From Peribolospora baueri (lineage: Eukaryota), in the NCBI GenBank assembly GCA_029717555.1, contig JAMDHS010000001.1, positions 248,001 through 312,000 on the forward strand: a stretch of 64,000 nucleotides of DNA, read 5' to 3'. The notes under the pieces are model-generated. The model worked only from the letters and a program-made list of their open reading frames with translations, searched no databases and was not told the DNA's origin. The position numbers and the translations under genes are program-made. Of the stretch, positions 22,920 to 36,394 are shown piece by piece; within the stretch, counting starts at the first letter, position 1; every line of letters starts with the position of its first letter.

Positions 22920-25900
22920 TCACTTCTGAGCGACCGCTCTGAATGGCTTGCGGACGTCCTGCTCGCCGAACTCGAGCGTGGTGCCCGAGTCCTTGTAGCA
23001 CTTCTCAATGGTATCCCGTAGCCTCTCCGCCTCTCGCACGAATTCGTCCTCACACCGCTTCCAGATCTGGACGATCACCTCCGCCGAATCGCTTTCGGCC
23101 GCGCGAGTTCCTAGAATGTCCTCGTCGAGATCGAAATGCTTTTGTACGCGCTTGTAGAGTGCCTCGATGGCTTTGCGGATGTCCTTGGCAGTGTAATCCT
23201 TGACGAGCACTTTGAGGGCCTTCTTGGAGAGAGCAGAGTGTAGAGACACCTCGTTGGGCGGCATGGACCGCAAAAGCGAGTCGACGCCGTCGCAGAAGTC
23301 CTGCGCGTCGTATGGAAGGACGAGCTCAGGTTAGTCATCGGAGGAAAAGGAACTCGACGCCTGTCCAACTCAAGACTTACGATCATCTTGCCCAAAGGCC
23401 TTCTCAAAACAAACTGCAGATAGTTTTGCACGCTGTCCTCGTAGATGCCCTCGGCACGGTGGACCAGGGCGCTCAACGCGGGGTTCTTCTGTCGTGAGAC
23501 CTCCGTAGCAAAACGATGCATGTTTTCTGCACGCGTGAGGAAAGCAGTGCTCAGCACGTTGATCAGCGGTCATGGTCGCGCCCCACGATACCCACCAATA
23601 ATAATGACGTGGTAGTTCATCTGCTCCTTCTCATCCCTTTCGGCCTTGTCGCCAATAGGGACGACGGATCCTGCACCATCCGCGAGCTTGGCCATCGCTT
23701 GGAGGGCATCGAACATGGTCGCCGTGATCTTCTCATAGGCGCCATCGACGGCCAGCCTGATGTTAAGACCCTCAGCTTCCGTGAGTTGCGCCTCGATACG
23801 CTGGACGAACGGCGGGAAGACCTTGATGAAGTGGACAACGCCCTTGCGCTTCTTGCTCGTCAGCTTCGTTTGCTCGATTGCGCGCACTTGCTCCATCTTC
23901 AAGCAACGGGGCCACATGTGCCCAGTCAGCATTGTTGATCATCTAGCACGAAGACAGGTTCCTAAGTGAAGACGCACCACAAAGGCCTCGAAACGCCCGG
24001 CGAGAGGCTGGTGCAGCTTCTGAAGCAAACGCTCCAAGAACTCGTTATTGTTGGCCGAGGCCTTAACGATTTGGGCATCGAGGGCGGCCAGGATACCGAC
24101 TAATTGGCTGCAGGTGGGCGTTGCCGAAGAAAGCATAAGCAAGGACACGATAAATCCATGTGTGCTCATGGCGGTGATCACTCACATCGGATCCTTCCTC
24201 AAAATTTCCTCAACCAGCCCACCGAGCTCAGGCTGCAAGAAGCCGAAGATAAGATCCATGGCCGACCTGATCTCCCGGATAGGGCCACCAGCTCGCGCCC
24301 GCGCAGAATCGGGCCCGAACAGCGCAGCGGCACGCCGCTGGAAGTACGACTCCAGATTGACGAACGCGGCAAAGGTGACGTTGCCTTGGAGCTGCAGGAA
24401 GTCGACGGCGAACTGCTGCTCGGACTGCAGGCGGGGCACGAGCTGAGAGATGGCTCGTTTGAAGACTTCGGCGCCCGGCACTTCTTCGCCCGTCTTGTCC
24501 CTTTTCGCACGGCCTTCGCCGCGTATGACCGTGCCAGCTCGACGGATGGTCCCGGATCGAGTGGCCAATCCTCCCGCCAGTCCTCCCTCTCTGGGAGGAG
24601 TGAACGCTGGGAGTGACGAGAACGACTTATGAGCGAAGATAGTGCCGACTGACATGTCAAGATCTTATGGAACTCACAAATTTCGGCGTCTTCTTCAGTC
24701 GCCCTCTTGACCATGCCTTTGGATATGGCCAAAAAGTCCTTGATCTGGCTCTTCCACAGGTCACTGGACGCGGCGTAGTAAGCGGCTTGCAGGCGCTGGA
24801 AACATCGTTCGTCCATCTCCTTGACGTAGATGAGGAGACCGCAGTACTGGCCGAGATATTCCTCCATGGGCGTGTGGTCTGGCAGAACAGGGTTGGATCG
24901 AGAGATGATGCGCGCACGATCGTTGAGAAGCTGCTCGCTCTGAAACAGCAAAAGAAAGAAGCAGCCGAGGTCAAGCGTGGGTGAATCACTGAGCGTTGAC
25001 CTTCCAAGCACCACTCTCTGCAGAAATGCGCTCACCTGCACACTGAACTGTAGCGTAAGGTAATCCAGCAGCCTCTTGCAGAACTGCTGGCTCATGATGC
25101 GATATTCCTCAATCCTCTCGCTCGCTACCGCCATATCCGCGTCGTCACTCTGCAGCATCGCCTTGTATAAGACAGCCAGCGCGTTCTCCAAATTGTCAAT
25201 GCCCTCCCGAGAAGCGAGCGACTCGTGGGTGAGAGCGACGAGCGCGCTATTGTCCACGTGGATGGTGGCTAAGAGCTTCTCCAGCTCAGCTTGCAGGACG
25301 CGTTGATTGGAGGTTTGAACTTGGAGACCGCGGTTCTGAGACTCTATGTGGCTAATGTCCTCGCCCATGGACTGTCAAATTTAAAAGGAGAAAATGGAAA
25401 GAATGTCAGATCGCATCTGGGAAGAAACAGCCAGCAAAGGAGATCGCACGTTAGGCACTCACGTTCAATTGCATCTTGTAACCGGAGATGATGCTGTCCA
25501 TGTTGTCCAGTTGTGAGATGGCCGCATCGAGATGCTTGAGCACGAGCTGCACTCTATCGTCCGACTCGATGATGGCGTGAATGTTGGCCTGCATGCAAAT
25601 AAGAAGGACAGGTGCATGAGACGCCAGGTTTTCTATCATCTCAACAAAATCGACTCACCGCTTCCAGAGCGGCGAGCTCTCCGAGCAAACGCTCCTCAAT
25701 CAAGTCGGCCGTGCCGCCTTTCTTTCCTCCTCCAAGACTCATGCCACCCACACCGATGCCAACTCCTTGAATGCCGCCTGTTCGCCACTCAAATCCCTCC
25801 AGCATCTCCTCGACGTTCTGGAACGTCGAGTCCTCGTCCTCGTCAGACCGGCTCAGCAAGCGAAGCAAGTTCGCACCCGTGCTCGCGCCGCCGGTGTTTG

Positions 25901-27702
25901 TGGTCCCCATGGACGGTGCCAATGAGCCGGCGCCAGAGGAAGCGATGCTCGTAGAGCGCTTCGGGTGCGGCCTGCCACTAGTCTCGCTAGCAAGTGATCC
26001 TTTCCGGGCGACAGAGGTTCCATCGTCTCTCCGGTCTCCCTGCTGCTGACCGACAGCTTCGTCCAACACCGCACCGCCGTATGGATCGTCCTCATCTTCC
26101 GCCTCTTCCAGTATTTCGCTTTCCTCTGCAATGGCCGCCGGAGGTTCGTCTATCATTCCGCCGTAGAGGTCCATGTCCGGGTTGATCCTACTGAGTCTCA
26201 CTCGTGCGTTTTCACGGGCAGACAAGGTTGAAGAACCCGAGCCAGAGCGTTGCCGAGGTATCGGTCCCTGTGCATTGAAAGGCCTGAAAGAAGTTGGCGG
26301 AGAAGACGAAGCTGCAGCCCTGCCGACCTCAGACGCTTTCTTCATTGACGCCGCGCGAGCCGGAAGGGGCCTTCCGTCCGCTGGCGTGGAGCGTCCGGAA
26401 CTTGCTTCAGCGCCGAAGGAGCTTAATGAGTTACTTGGGGTGAGGGCCGGTCGTACGGCATTGCGGTTGGCGCTACGGCTCGGGGCGCGCTCGAGACCTC
26501 GGTCGTCGTTAATGGTGATAGAGGGTGGAGGCATGGGCACCGCAGGGGGACGGTCCTTGGGCGGTGAAAAACCGCTTTTGTCAGAGGCGTCGCTCGGGGC
26601 GCGGGGACGATTCCTGGAACTAGGTCGTCGAAAGGGGGATGCGAACGGAGGAGAGGTAGCTGCGGAGGGAGTGGTGGGACGAGAAGACGTTTCGCTGCTG
26701 TTGGAGTATCCGTTCGGGTCCGAGATCGGAATCCCTGCCCTCGAAGGTGGGGGAGACGTTGAGTGCTGACTGATCGATCGCTTTCTGTACCCGGAGGGAG
26801 CCGAGCTTCCATATGCGGGAGACGCATCGGGCGCTCCTGCTGACGGCGGAACCAAGGTACCCTGGATACCGTCAGGAAGGTCCAAGCCGGAGACTTTGGG
26901 CAGAGGGCCATTGGTATATTCATTGTACGTCTTGATCAACGACCTGAGGAAGGCGGTCTGATCGCGGCTGCGTTCGGTATCCCATCGGTACTTTTTGGAC
27001 ATTCCCAGAGCAAAGCTCGTAGACTTCGTGCATCAATGAGCAAAGAAAGACGGTGTGAGAAAACGTTTCCTGCAGCCGACGAGCTTCCCGCCACGAGCTG
27101 TGGCTACAGAGCTCACTGGCACCGATCATCAGCCAATACGCCATTCGCACACTCACGCCCTTAACCTCCACCCTTCTGAGGTCCTCCAATGCCCACGTCT
27201 TTCCAATGCTGTACGTCCCATTCGAGTTCTTCTTCGCCTTGTACAGCTGACTCTTCGTTTGCGGGCCACGAACAGCTAATACCGGAGACGACGGCGGGGA
27301 TGAGCGCGGGAGAAGGTCGAATGAGGTACGTAGGCATTGTCAGTGAAGTAAGCTGAGAGAATAAGTGCTTAGGAGGACGAAGACGCACTGGCTAGCAATA
27401 GATATCGCGGCTTGCTCTGGGCAGGTGTGCCAGGCTTGGCGCCCTCGGCGACGCCGACATCCTCCCAAACCTTGAGGTGCGCGATATACGATCGATCACC
27501 TGGCGACGCAGAGCAACACACAATACAAGTCAGAGGACAGAAGCCCCGCCATCGTCGAAAAGCGGCGGTGCGCGCTCCCCCGGGATGAAAACTCGGGATG
27601 CCAGCAGGTTACCAAGCGAAGCTCACCTCCTGTGAACAAGCTTGCGATGATCTGCTCTCTCGTCCTATCCGGGGTGGGACTCGATGCCTCTTGCCGCGAC
27701 AT
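22920..27702 (-). CDS. SEC3: Exocyst complex component Sec3, multi-exon
   Basis: N-terminal PH-like segment (SYIAHLKVWED..KPRYLLLA..YKAKKNSNGTYSIGKTWALEDL), IEERLLGELAALEAANIHAIIESD, DISHIESQNRGLQVQTSNQ, IEQTKLTSKKRKGV, KEQMNYHV.IIENMH.F. Confidence 0.92.
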
Positions 27703-27945
27703 GGTGTTACGCCCACTAGGCGGGCTGGAAGCGCAAGAATAGTTTTTGTAGACGTAGCTATACGGAGTGGAACAGGAGGTGGGGCCGGCGTACGAGGGAA
27801 TCGTTGGTCGGCATCAGGAGCGAAGTCGTGCCTGGCGACATGCTGGTAGCGGCGCGCGAGTGCCGCAGCAGCGATCTCGCATTCAACTCGACAGGAGACA
27901 TGCTAAGAGACACGATGAGGGGGAATCCAGCACTCATCCGCCCTC

Positions 27946-30131
27946 TTATACCTTCTCCACCTCAAACTCGAACCCGAACCCAAACCCGAATCCACCGCTA
28001 CGAGCTTCGTCACCAGCAGGTGCACGGTCAGGTTCATCTCTGTGAACGATTCGTTCCCAAAGAGTGGGCGAGGGAGCCTTGCCTGATGCGGATGAGTCTG
28101 TTCTGCCGTACACTTCCGAGTAGCCTCTCTCGCGAGCGAGCTCCCTCATTCCCTCCAGTCCGCGCTCCAACAACTCCGCGTCCTTCTCCTTTAGCTTCTC
28201 GCAGAAGCGCTCGAAACGCGAGGCCGTCAAGGCGCATGCGTCGCCGTCCTCGTCCCCGCTCTCATCCGCTTGGACACCGTCGTCGAGACGGGGAGGTCGT
28301 TTGAAGCCAGAAGCCTGGTCGGCCTTGTATTTGAGAAAGTGGAGGACGGACGGTAGCTCCGTTGACGACACAAAGTTCTGAGTGATGGCGACCGATTCTA
28401 AACGGGCGGACGAAAAAAGATAGTCAGTGACGATTTCGTTGGCCGCACTCGCAACCTCCCATGCTCGATACTTACCGGACAAGTTGACGACAAGATGCCA
28501 CCAGCCGCTGGGGACATACATCACCTCGCCCTCGTGGCACACACCCTCAAACATCTTCCCGCGGTTCACAGGATCCTTGGCAGTCGGGCCGTACAGAGCG
28601 CGAGCTTGATTGTAGTACGTGTGTAGCCACTCGGCGATCGACAGCGGAGAAGTCACCTCGGCCTCGTCTGTAGGAGAAAATCAAGGCTCAACATCCATGG
28701 TCCAGTGCATGAACGGGGAAGGACGATATACGCACCCTCGCTGACAAAAACGCCAGGAGGCGTCACGTCCGGTGGAAACATTATCCATCCTTTACGGCCC
28801 TTAATGACGGCATTCCATGCGGACGTGGAGTTTGGGTCTTTGTGGAACTGCGGGATTACGCATAAGGCGATATGAGTGTGCAGGACTCGGAAGAGATGAA
28901 GAGTTTGAAAGCTCACGGTGGATCCTGATCTAGTCGGACCGGCGATCTTAGGAGCAGTGGTGGAGAGGAGTGGTGTCAGTGCACTTGCTCTCCACACAGC
29001 CTCCTTCGAGCGATGGAAATCGCCCGCTTCACTTACAAGCCACCGATAATCGGGCCTTTCGGGTCCCAACACAGAGAAAAGGTCTTCCTTAAAGACGCCC
29101 GGCACCCTCCATTCGTCCTTGACCAAAGGCGGCCGTGAGCGGTGTCCCCAGTTGTCCGACAAGCATTGTGTATCGAAGAGGTACAGCGGGCTCTCGTCTG
29201 CCACTTCATTGTCCTCGTCCGTCTCTTCCCTTTCGTGTCCCAGTCGCGGTCCTCTGGCGAATCTCTCGCAGCTGTGCGCGTAGGCAAGGTACACAGGCAT
29301 GGACGTCTTGACGCTCTCGGCGCGGAACTCTTCCTTGGCGAACCGCTCCGAGAGACCTTCCATGGTCCAGTTCCGACATGGCCAGCCTTCCATTGCGCCG
29401 GTGAAGATAGCAGGGCGATCGCGCCGCGCAAAGAACTTGGCGAGGGCTTCGGGAGACGGATCGCCGGCATCGTTGCGCACGGACACGCGGGGGATGGGGG
29501 TATGCGAGCCGGACCTAGCATTCGTAGAAAAGTAACGGTCTAGGGAAGAGGCGGTAGCATAGAACGGCTGGAAGAGAACGTCGGAGTACAGATTCGGTAC
29601 CCGTATGCCCACCGTGGGGCTTCGCCATCGTCCGTTTTTGTTGCGCGCTCCGACGGCGGCGCCGGCCCGCCAGACGAACTGGACTAGATACGTGGTGCGC
29701 CAGCTGCCCATCCACGCTTCAAGACGACCATCGGTTCGCGAGATGTACAGGTCCTTCCACAGCTGGTTGTGACGTGCAAAGGCGAAGAGAGTCCGCGATG
29801 CACCTTGAAGCGCGAGCAGCTCGGCGCCGTCGAGGAGGGAGAGAATATGGAGGAGCAACTCGTCGCTCAGCCGAGAGAGGCTAGGGCCAAGCTCTGGAGC
29901 GCGACAGCTTCCTTTGAATCCTGGAGATGTCGAGTCGAAGAGGAGGTTACCGAGCGGTTTGAGTCCGAGAGGATGTGGCCGGGCGAGGCATGCGGAAGAC
30001 GAGACCGACGCCGGCTTGGTCTTCGTCTTCTCCCTCGACCCGGGCCGCTCTGCGGGCACATCAGGAGCAAGCCGGACCCGTTTTCTCACCGGTTCAGCAT
30101 CAACCTGCGTTACAGTTGCCATGGCAAGCAT
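27946..30131 (-). CDS. F-box and JmjC-domain protein (JMJD6-like), multi-exon
   Basis: HPLGLKPLGN, F-box [51 protein letters not shown] (HxD), YVPSGWWHLVVNL (distal His), VAITQNFVS. Confidence 0.88.
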
Positions 30132-30311
30132 CGCTGAGAGCCGAGTCAACGACGGGGAGGGAGGACAAGAAAAGGACTGAGCCGTCGTCGATCGTCGTCT
30201 TCCCCAGCTGAGCAGGAAGAAAGGGCACCGAGCCCTTGCCGCAGTCAAAAGGCGATCTTCTCGGACTCCCCTTCCACTTCCCAGTCGTCCGCCCACCACC
30301 ACCTCGCCTCG

Positions 30312-32741
30312 ATGGCTTCGCGGTCGCTTTTCCAGGGCCTTCGCAGACATGCTGCTCGGTTGGCTTCCTCTTCCCAGCAGCCCCTCATAGCCCTCAACGA
30401 GCCGAGCACGCCTGGACCGTCGTGCGTTCGGTGCTCTTCTTCTTCCAGCGCCCCCGCCCCACCACCCCCGTCAATACGCCGACCCGAGACTCCCGCGCCC
30501 ACGGCATTACGGAAAAACGCACAGGTGCTCTCCAATTTCAAGTCTCTAATCGAGCAAGAGCGACCGGACCCGGAGCGCCTTTGGTCCGCCTATGTCGCGC
30601 TTCATGCCGCCGACTTGCTCAGCGAGCTGCACTGGCGCCATCACGAGCGAGTGCTCAAGTGCCTGCCGAGGCCGACATTCAGGAAGAGGCTTGCAGGAGG
30701 TCAGAGCAGCCAAGGGGCACAGCCCCCGAGCAAGGATTCGAAGAGGCGATTGTTTCGCGATCGGTTGGAGATGGCCAACACCGCGCTGAACTACTCTCGT
30801 CGCGTTCGCTTCGTCATGGACAAGATGCGAGTGGAGGCCCGTTGGCTGCCCAAAACGCAACACTACAACGAAGCAATGCATTTTCTCCATCAGACCGGCC
30901 AGATGGATGCCTTATACTCCATATGGCAGCACCTCGTTGACCCGGCCAACCACCAACCTCCTGCCGCGGGCTGGAAGCCGCTCAGGGGCGGGAAGGACAC
31001 GCCCCGGCCGAAGCCGCTAGCGCCGTCGGAGCGGACATACAATCTCATCGTCAAGTCCATCAGCATGTGGTTTCACGGTCCGGGCAGGCGCAACGAATCT
31101 CTGGGCCAGAAAGGCGCTGCCAGGCTGGCTGCGAGCAGGATCGCCGAGCTTCTAGCCGACATGTGGGAGCGAGGGGTGCATTGGAATACCATGACGCTTG
31201 ACATTGCTGCCATGGTCCTCCGGAACTGCGAGGACATCGACGGTTTCAAGCGGCTCTACCGGATCGGCTTTGGCATCGACCTGGACCAGCCGGATATGGT
31301 GCCGATGGAAATCGTCGAGAGGTTACAGCAACGTGCGGCCGAACTGCCACCGAGTTCGCCGTCATCCGTCGACGGCGGCAAGGGACAAGAAGGGGAGGCG
31401 CGTTTCGACTTTATTCTCAAGCTTCCGCCACCGAGCGATTATACGCTCTACAATGCCGTAGCGATGTTTGCATCACAGGGAGATATCTCGAAAATGATCG
31501 CCGCCTACGAAGTCCTCGTCAGTCCGCTTCCCACCACTCCCCTTCAGCGCGCCGTCATCGATTCTGGCATCGCCTCCGCCGCACCTTCGTCTTCTTTCTC
31601 TCATCTGGCCTTCTTCACTTCGACGTCAGCTCCTGTCCGTTCCAAGCTTTCCGACTTGCCGCCCGCCTTGCCGCGGTCGCAGCGTCTGACGCCAACGAGG
31701 ACCACGTTCCGTCGACTGATCGACGGCGCCACAGATACGCGCTCTTGGTCCGTCGCCTTGAATTACGCGAACGAAGCGGTGGAGCGCTACAAGCAAGAGG
31801 TGACGGCGCTGGAGGAGGCGATCGAACGATCGGATCGCGCTCTCGATTCCGGCTCGTCTGATGTGCCTCCTCTTCCGCGACCTACTCTTCACCTATCGAC
31901 CAAAGATCTCAGTCCGCTCGCCCGCCTCGCTGTGGAGGAGGGGCGCCGAGGAGCGCTGGACGGCGCGATGCGCACGATAGAGGGAATCATCTCTCTCAAG
32001 GAACGGGAAATGGCTTTGCTCGCTCGCGCCGAACGTGCCGAGCTGGAGTTTGCACCGCCCGTCACACCGACGGAGGTGGATGTGGAGGAGTCGATGTGGA
32101 GCGAAGCCGAGCAGTATGGCGACGGGGACGGCGACGGCGGCGGCGGCGTCGGAGCGACGCGGGAGGAGGAGGCGGATGAGGGCGGCATATCGCCTTCTTC
32201 GCGAGCCGCCGCGGCGGCGGCCCGACACCTGAAGCCACGCTTACAAGCCACATACCTGCAGTCGACCATCGCTGGGTTGGAGAGCCTGCTGGAGAAGATG
32301 GCGCCCAAGTTTGAGAATCTGACACAGCTTTATGCTCGCCGGTACCGCAAGTACACGCGGGCCATCCTGAAGGCGTACCACAAGCCTTGGAAGCAGAGGC
32401 GGAAAGAATGGGGGCAGAAGCACGGCGGGAGGGTGCTTCAGCGCTTGGCCAGCGGTTGGCACCAGGCGCTAAAGCGCCAAGTGATGGAGAGGCGGGAAGC
32501 GGAGAAAAAGCTGGCGAAGCCGTCGCCGCCGCCGCCGAGGCCGCGTTCGTCGTTGAAGCGGAAGCGGTCGAGGGTGGAGATCATGGGCAAAGCGTACGTA
32601 AAAAGGCTGGTGGCGAGGAAGAAGGCGGCGGAGCGGAAGAAGAAGAAGAAGCCCGTGCTAGGCGCGCTGGGCCCGGAACTGGAGGAGGAGACCGAGGCGC
32701 TGACGAGGCGTCAGCGGAGGACCCATCGGCGGCGCGGGTGA
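30312..32741 (+). CDS. Putative mitochondrial PPR-like RNA-binding protein, single exon, 809 aa
   Basis: Arg/Ser/Leu-rich N-terminus without acidic residues (presequence-like). Helical repeats with P...HYNEAM, PSERTYNLIV, YTLYNAVAMF and PTRTTFRRLI starts typical of PPR motifs. Confidence 0.65.
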   Translation: MASRSLFQGLRRHAARLASSSQQPLIALNEPSTPGPSCVRCSSSSSAPAPPPPSIRRPETPAPTALRKNAQVLSNFKSLIEQERPDPERLWSAYVALHAADLLSELHWRHHERVLKCLPRPTFRKRLAGGQSSQGAQPPSKDSKRRLFRDRLEMANTALNYSRRVRFVMDKMRVEARWLPKTQHYNEAMHFLHQTGQMDALYSIWQHLVDPANHQPPAAGWKPLRGGKDTPRPKPLAPSERTYNLIVKSISMWFHGPGRRNESLGQKGAARLAASRIAELLADMWERGVHWNTMTLDIAAMVLRNCEDIDGFKRLYRIGFGIDLDQPDMVPMEIVERLQQRAAELPPSSPSSVDGGKGQEGEARFDFILKLPPPSDYTLYNAVAMFASQGDISKMIAAYEVLVSPLPTTPLQRAVIDSGIASAAPSSSFSHLAFFTSTSAPVRSKLSDLPPALPRSQRLTPTRTTFRRLIDGATDTRSWSVALNYANEAVERYKQEVTALEEAIERSDRALDSGSSDVPPLPRPTLHLSTKDLSPLARLAVEEGRRGALDGAMRTIEGIISLKEREMALLARAERAELEFAPPVTPTEVDVEESMWSEAEQYGDGDGDGGGGVGATREEEADEGGISPSSRAAAAAARHLKPRLQATYLQSTIAGLESLLEKMAPKFENLTQLYARRYRKYTRAILKAYHKPWKQRRKEWGQKHGGRVLQRLASGWHQALKRQVMERREAEKKLAKPSPPPPRPRSSLKRKRSRVEIMGKAYVKRLVARKKAAERKKKKKPVLGALGPELEEETEALTRRQRRTHRRRG

Positions 32742-33481
32742 GGTGCGAAGAGCGGAAACGGCGGCCAAGGAGAGGGAAAGGAGGGCGATGGGTTGGGATG
32801 GGATGCGATGGAAGGAAGGCTTTTTTTGTTTTTTTTTATCGCAAAAAGTAGGATGCCTCGTCTCGTCGCCATCCTATCAGATCGCAATGCATGCATGACA
32901 CGGTACATACACACATAAAGAGTACGAGGAGTGGGCCTAGGCACGACCAACAGACAAACAGAAAGACAGAAAGACAGACAGGAGCGGACGGACAAAGACG
33001 AGCATGTGAAAACGAAAGGGAACGCGAGAGCTCGAGCCCACGTACACGGTACACGGACGGACGGACGGGACGGACAGAGCGGCGGCAAGTGAGTAGCCAG
33101 CGAGGGTGCGAGGAGCCGGAGGGGCCGGGCGGGCCACGAAAGCGACGACCGACGACCGAACTCGGCTCAGCCTTGGTGGGAACAGGTCGTGTCGTGTCGT
33201 GTCGCGTCGGGCCGTGTCGGAGGGTAACCCCACGCGCGCACGCTTCGTCCGTCGGTCTGTATTTTCTCTCCCTCCATGACGATCCCGTATCCACGATCGC
33301 CCCGGGTCATATGATATCCTGCCGGGTAAGTAATTGATAAATCTAGGCACAGACAACGCGCGGGTATGGATGGGGGCACGACGAGCCATCCCTCCTTATC
33401 CGCCCGCGTCCCAATCGAACATTTTCAAACCAGGATCTCCCCCTCCTCCTCCCCCTTGCCCCTCTCCCCCCTCCCGCGCTC

Positions 33482-36394
33482 CTACCGCTCCCCCTCCCCT
33501 TCGCTCGACCCACTCACGTCAGCGCCGTCGAGGGCGTCTGCAAAGTCGACGTTCGCCCCAGCGTCGTTCTGCCCATGCGCGTGCACCTCGAACCCAGCGT
33601 CGACGTGCATGCCCATGCCCATGTCCATGCTCATGCCCACCCCGCCGCCCAGATCGCCCGCGCTGGCCGCGCCGGACGAGAGGTCGCCCTCGGCGGAGGT
33701 GGTCCGCCGGGTCGTGAGCTCTTGGAGGGTGAGTTCGCGCTCGCCCCTGGCCGAGCGCCAACGGTTGCAGATTTTCAAGAGTTGGTCGTCTACCAGGTAC
33801 TGTTCAAGGGAATCGAAAGTGAACCGCAGAAAAGACATTGAGCAGGCGCCAGGGCAGACCGGGGGGCGAGGCAACTCACCCAATACCTCTGTAGCCAAGG
33901 CCGCTTGATCTCCCAGTTGCTCGGGATGAGAACGTCCTGCGAAAGCGCGGGAACCAGCGACAACGAAAAAAAAACGAAAGAAAGAAAGACGATGGACATA
34001 TGAGCACACGATGGCGATGGGAAGGGTGGGGTGGAAGGAGAAAAGAGACGCTCGTTCGCTCACATCGCCGTGAATCTCAATGTTCTCCATCAGGGACACC
34101 ATGGCCTCCGCGAGCACGTACCGTCCCGAAAAGAGGATCATGCGGTCCCGGAGGCCGGCGATGATGATGCCGTCGATGACATGGTCGTGCGGTACCGTCC
34201 GCTGCACGACGGTCGGTCGAAGCGCGGGAGGAAGGTTGTAGCTCGCGTTAAGCCGCGCGTTATACATGTGATAGCTGAGCACCTGGAACGTCTCTACGAG
34301 CTTTTGTGGCGTTTCTGAAGTGAAGAAGCGATCGACCATGGCCGAAGTCGAACCGAGGAGGCGGGTGAGCGGGTTACCGGTGAGCTCGCCGGTGGTGACG
34401 TGCGAGACGGTGTTGTAGTAGGGGTTCGACGGGGAGGAGGAAGAGGCGGCGGCGCTGTGTTGCGAGACCGCCGGTCGTGCCGTCATCGTCGTCGTCCCCC
34501 TGCCAGATGCGCCAGGAGGAGGAGGCATGGGGAGGGCTGGAAACGGTGCGGATCGCGGGGTGGCGATACCTTGAGGCGGCGTCGGCGTGGACACGTTCAG
34601 GGCGGCGGCAAGGCCGGATTGGGCGCCCCAGGCTGACGAGCCGTGTGCGGAACCGGGGACGTCGAGCGGCAAAGGGCTGCCGATGACCTGCTGAGCCGTG
34701 CTTGTCGTCTCGCACGGCGCGTCTCCGCCGCCGCCCTCGCCGCCGTTCGGGAGGAGACCGTTGTGGTGCTCGGCGGGCGGGAATCCAAAACCGGATGTTG
34801 GCGGGTTGAGCCAGGATTGCCACGGGGAGGGGAAGGGAAAGGGGCTAGCGCCGGGGGAGGGCGCTTGGCCAGGCGGACCGGACGTGGGGGAGTTGCCTAG
34901 CCAGTCGCGCAAAGTGGCGCCGGCGCTAGTCCTGGAAGTGGAGGAGCGTCCGACTGCTTGGTTGTTGCTGCTGCTGGCACTTGCAGCGCCGGTGCCGGTG
35001 GTGGTGCCGGCGCCGGCGCCGCCGGACATGAAACTGGTGAAAGCCTGGGAAGGATGGCTTGGCTGATGGGGAGGAACGGCGAACGGACTAGGGACGGTGG
35101 AAGTGGAGGCAGTGGGGGCGGCGACGACCTCGTTAGCTGCCCGACTTATCGGGCTCTCGCTCCGGCACGTCTTTCGAGAGCCGGACCTTCGGCCGGAGCT
35201 TTCGGACGCTGCGCTGGCGCCGCCAACGGAGGAGGGAGCTGGGGGGCCAGGCGTGACGGGGGCGTGGGCGTCGCTCATCTTGCGCCGCTTGGTGGGGACC
35301 TGTCCGAGTTGGATGGCCCACGGGTCCTGGCCGACGTTGATGCGCGATTTCCGGAGGGCTGTCTGTGGTGGGGCCGGAGGGGGAGGAGGAGGGGGGGTCG
35401 GCTTGGCCTTGGCCTTGCCCTTGTCGGGGGGAACGTGGGAGGCGGCGTTGATGTGCTCGACGACGTCTATGGCCGTGTCCATGCTCTTCCTCTCCAACGT
35501 GTTCTTCCTGAACTCGTCCTCGCTCATGCCCAGCTTCTCCACGCACCGTCCGACGCCGTCGCCGAAGAAGGTGGCGAAGGAGACGAGAAAGTTGCGGAGC
35601 GTGGTGTTCTCGTCGATGAGGGCGCGGATGACCTGCCGGAGACGGTCTATCTGGGAGTCGTGGTCTGTGGAGAGGAGATCTACGCGAGCCTCGAGAGCTG
35701 GGGGGGGAGGGGAGGGAGAGACAGATAAGCGACGGGTGCGGGGCAGAGAGGAGAGAGGAGGGCTCACATTTGATGTATTGCTGCTTGCGTTGGCGGAACT
35801 CTCGCTGGGCGATGCGGTTTTGGATCTTGCGGAGCTGCTGAGCGCTGGGGGGGAAGAATCGGGTCGGGTCAGCCATAGGCGTCGGGCGTGGGCACGAACG
35901 AACGAACGAGCGAATGAAAGAACAAACGAACAAACGAACAAACGAACAAACGAACAAACGGACGAACGAGCATGGTGAAAGGCCAGTCGACGGATTGCAC
36001 CGGAAAAGACTCACTTGGGGTCCTTCTTCCTGCCCGGCCGCTTCACGTCGCCAGACTTGGACGGCTCCCCGTCGCCGACGTCGACGTCAGCGTCAGCGTC
36101 GACCTCCGCCTCCGCGTCGTCCTCACCATCGACGCCTGGCTCTGCATCTGGTTCTCCCTCCGTGGACGCGCGCTTCCTGCCGCCGCTGCCACCGCCATCC
36201 GAACTGGGCAACTGACGTTGGTCAAAGGCGTTGATAGGGCTAGCGCTGCTGCCGACGTCGTCCGCGTCCGGGCCGCTGGTAGCGCTGTCGCGGCGTCGGG
36301 TGTTGTTGTTGGCGCGGAGGCGGCGGACGACGTGTCCGTTGGGGGAGGCGTTGACGTCGTCGAGGTCGTCATCGTCGATGTGGTGAGCGTCCAT
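33482..36394 (-). CDS. bZIP transcription factor with C-terminal DUF3425-like domain, multi-exon
   Basis: Spliced basic region KRPGRKKDPN-AQQLRKIQNRIAQREFRQRKQQYIK, zipper LEARVDLL..LIDENTTLR; C-terminal LPPALRPTVVQRTVPHDHVIDG..LRDRMIL..SNWEI..ICNRWR..RGE. Confidence 0.85.
35896..35970. repeat. (AACG/AACA)n microsatellite in bZIP intron 1
   Basis: aacgaacgaacg..aacaaacgaacaaacgaacaaacg seen directly. Confidence 0.85.
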
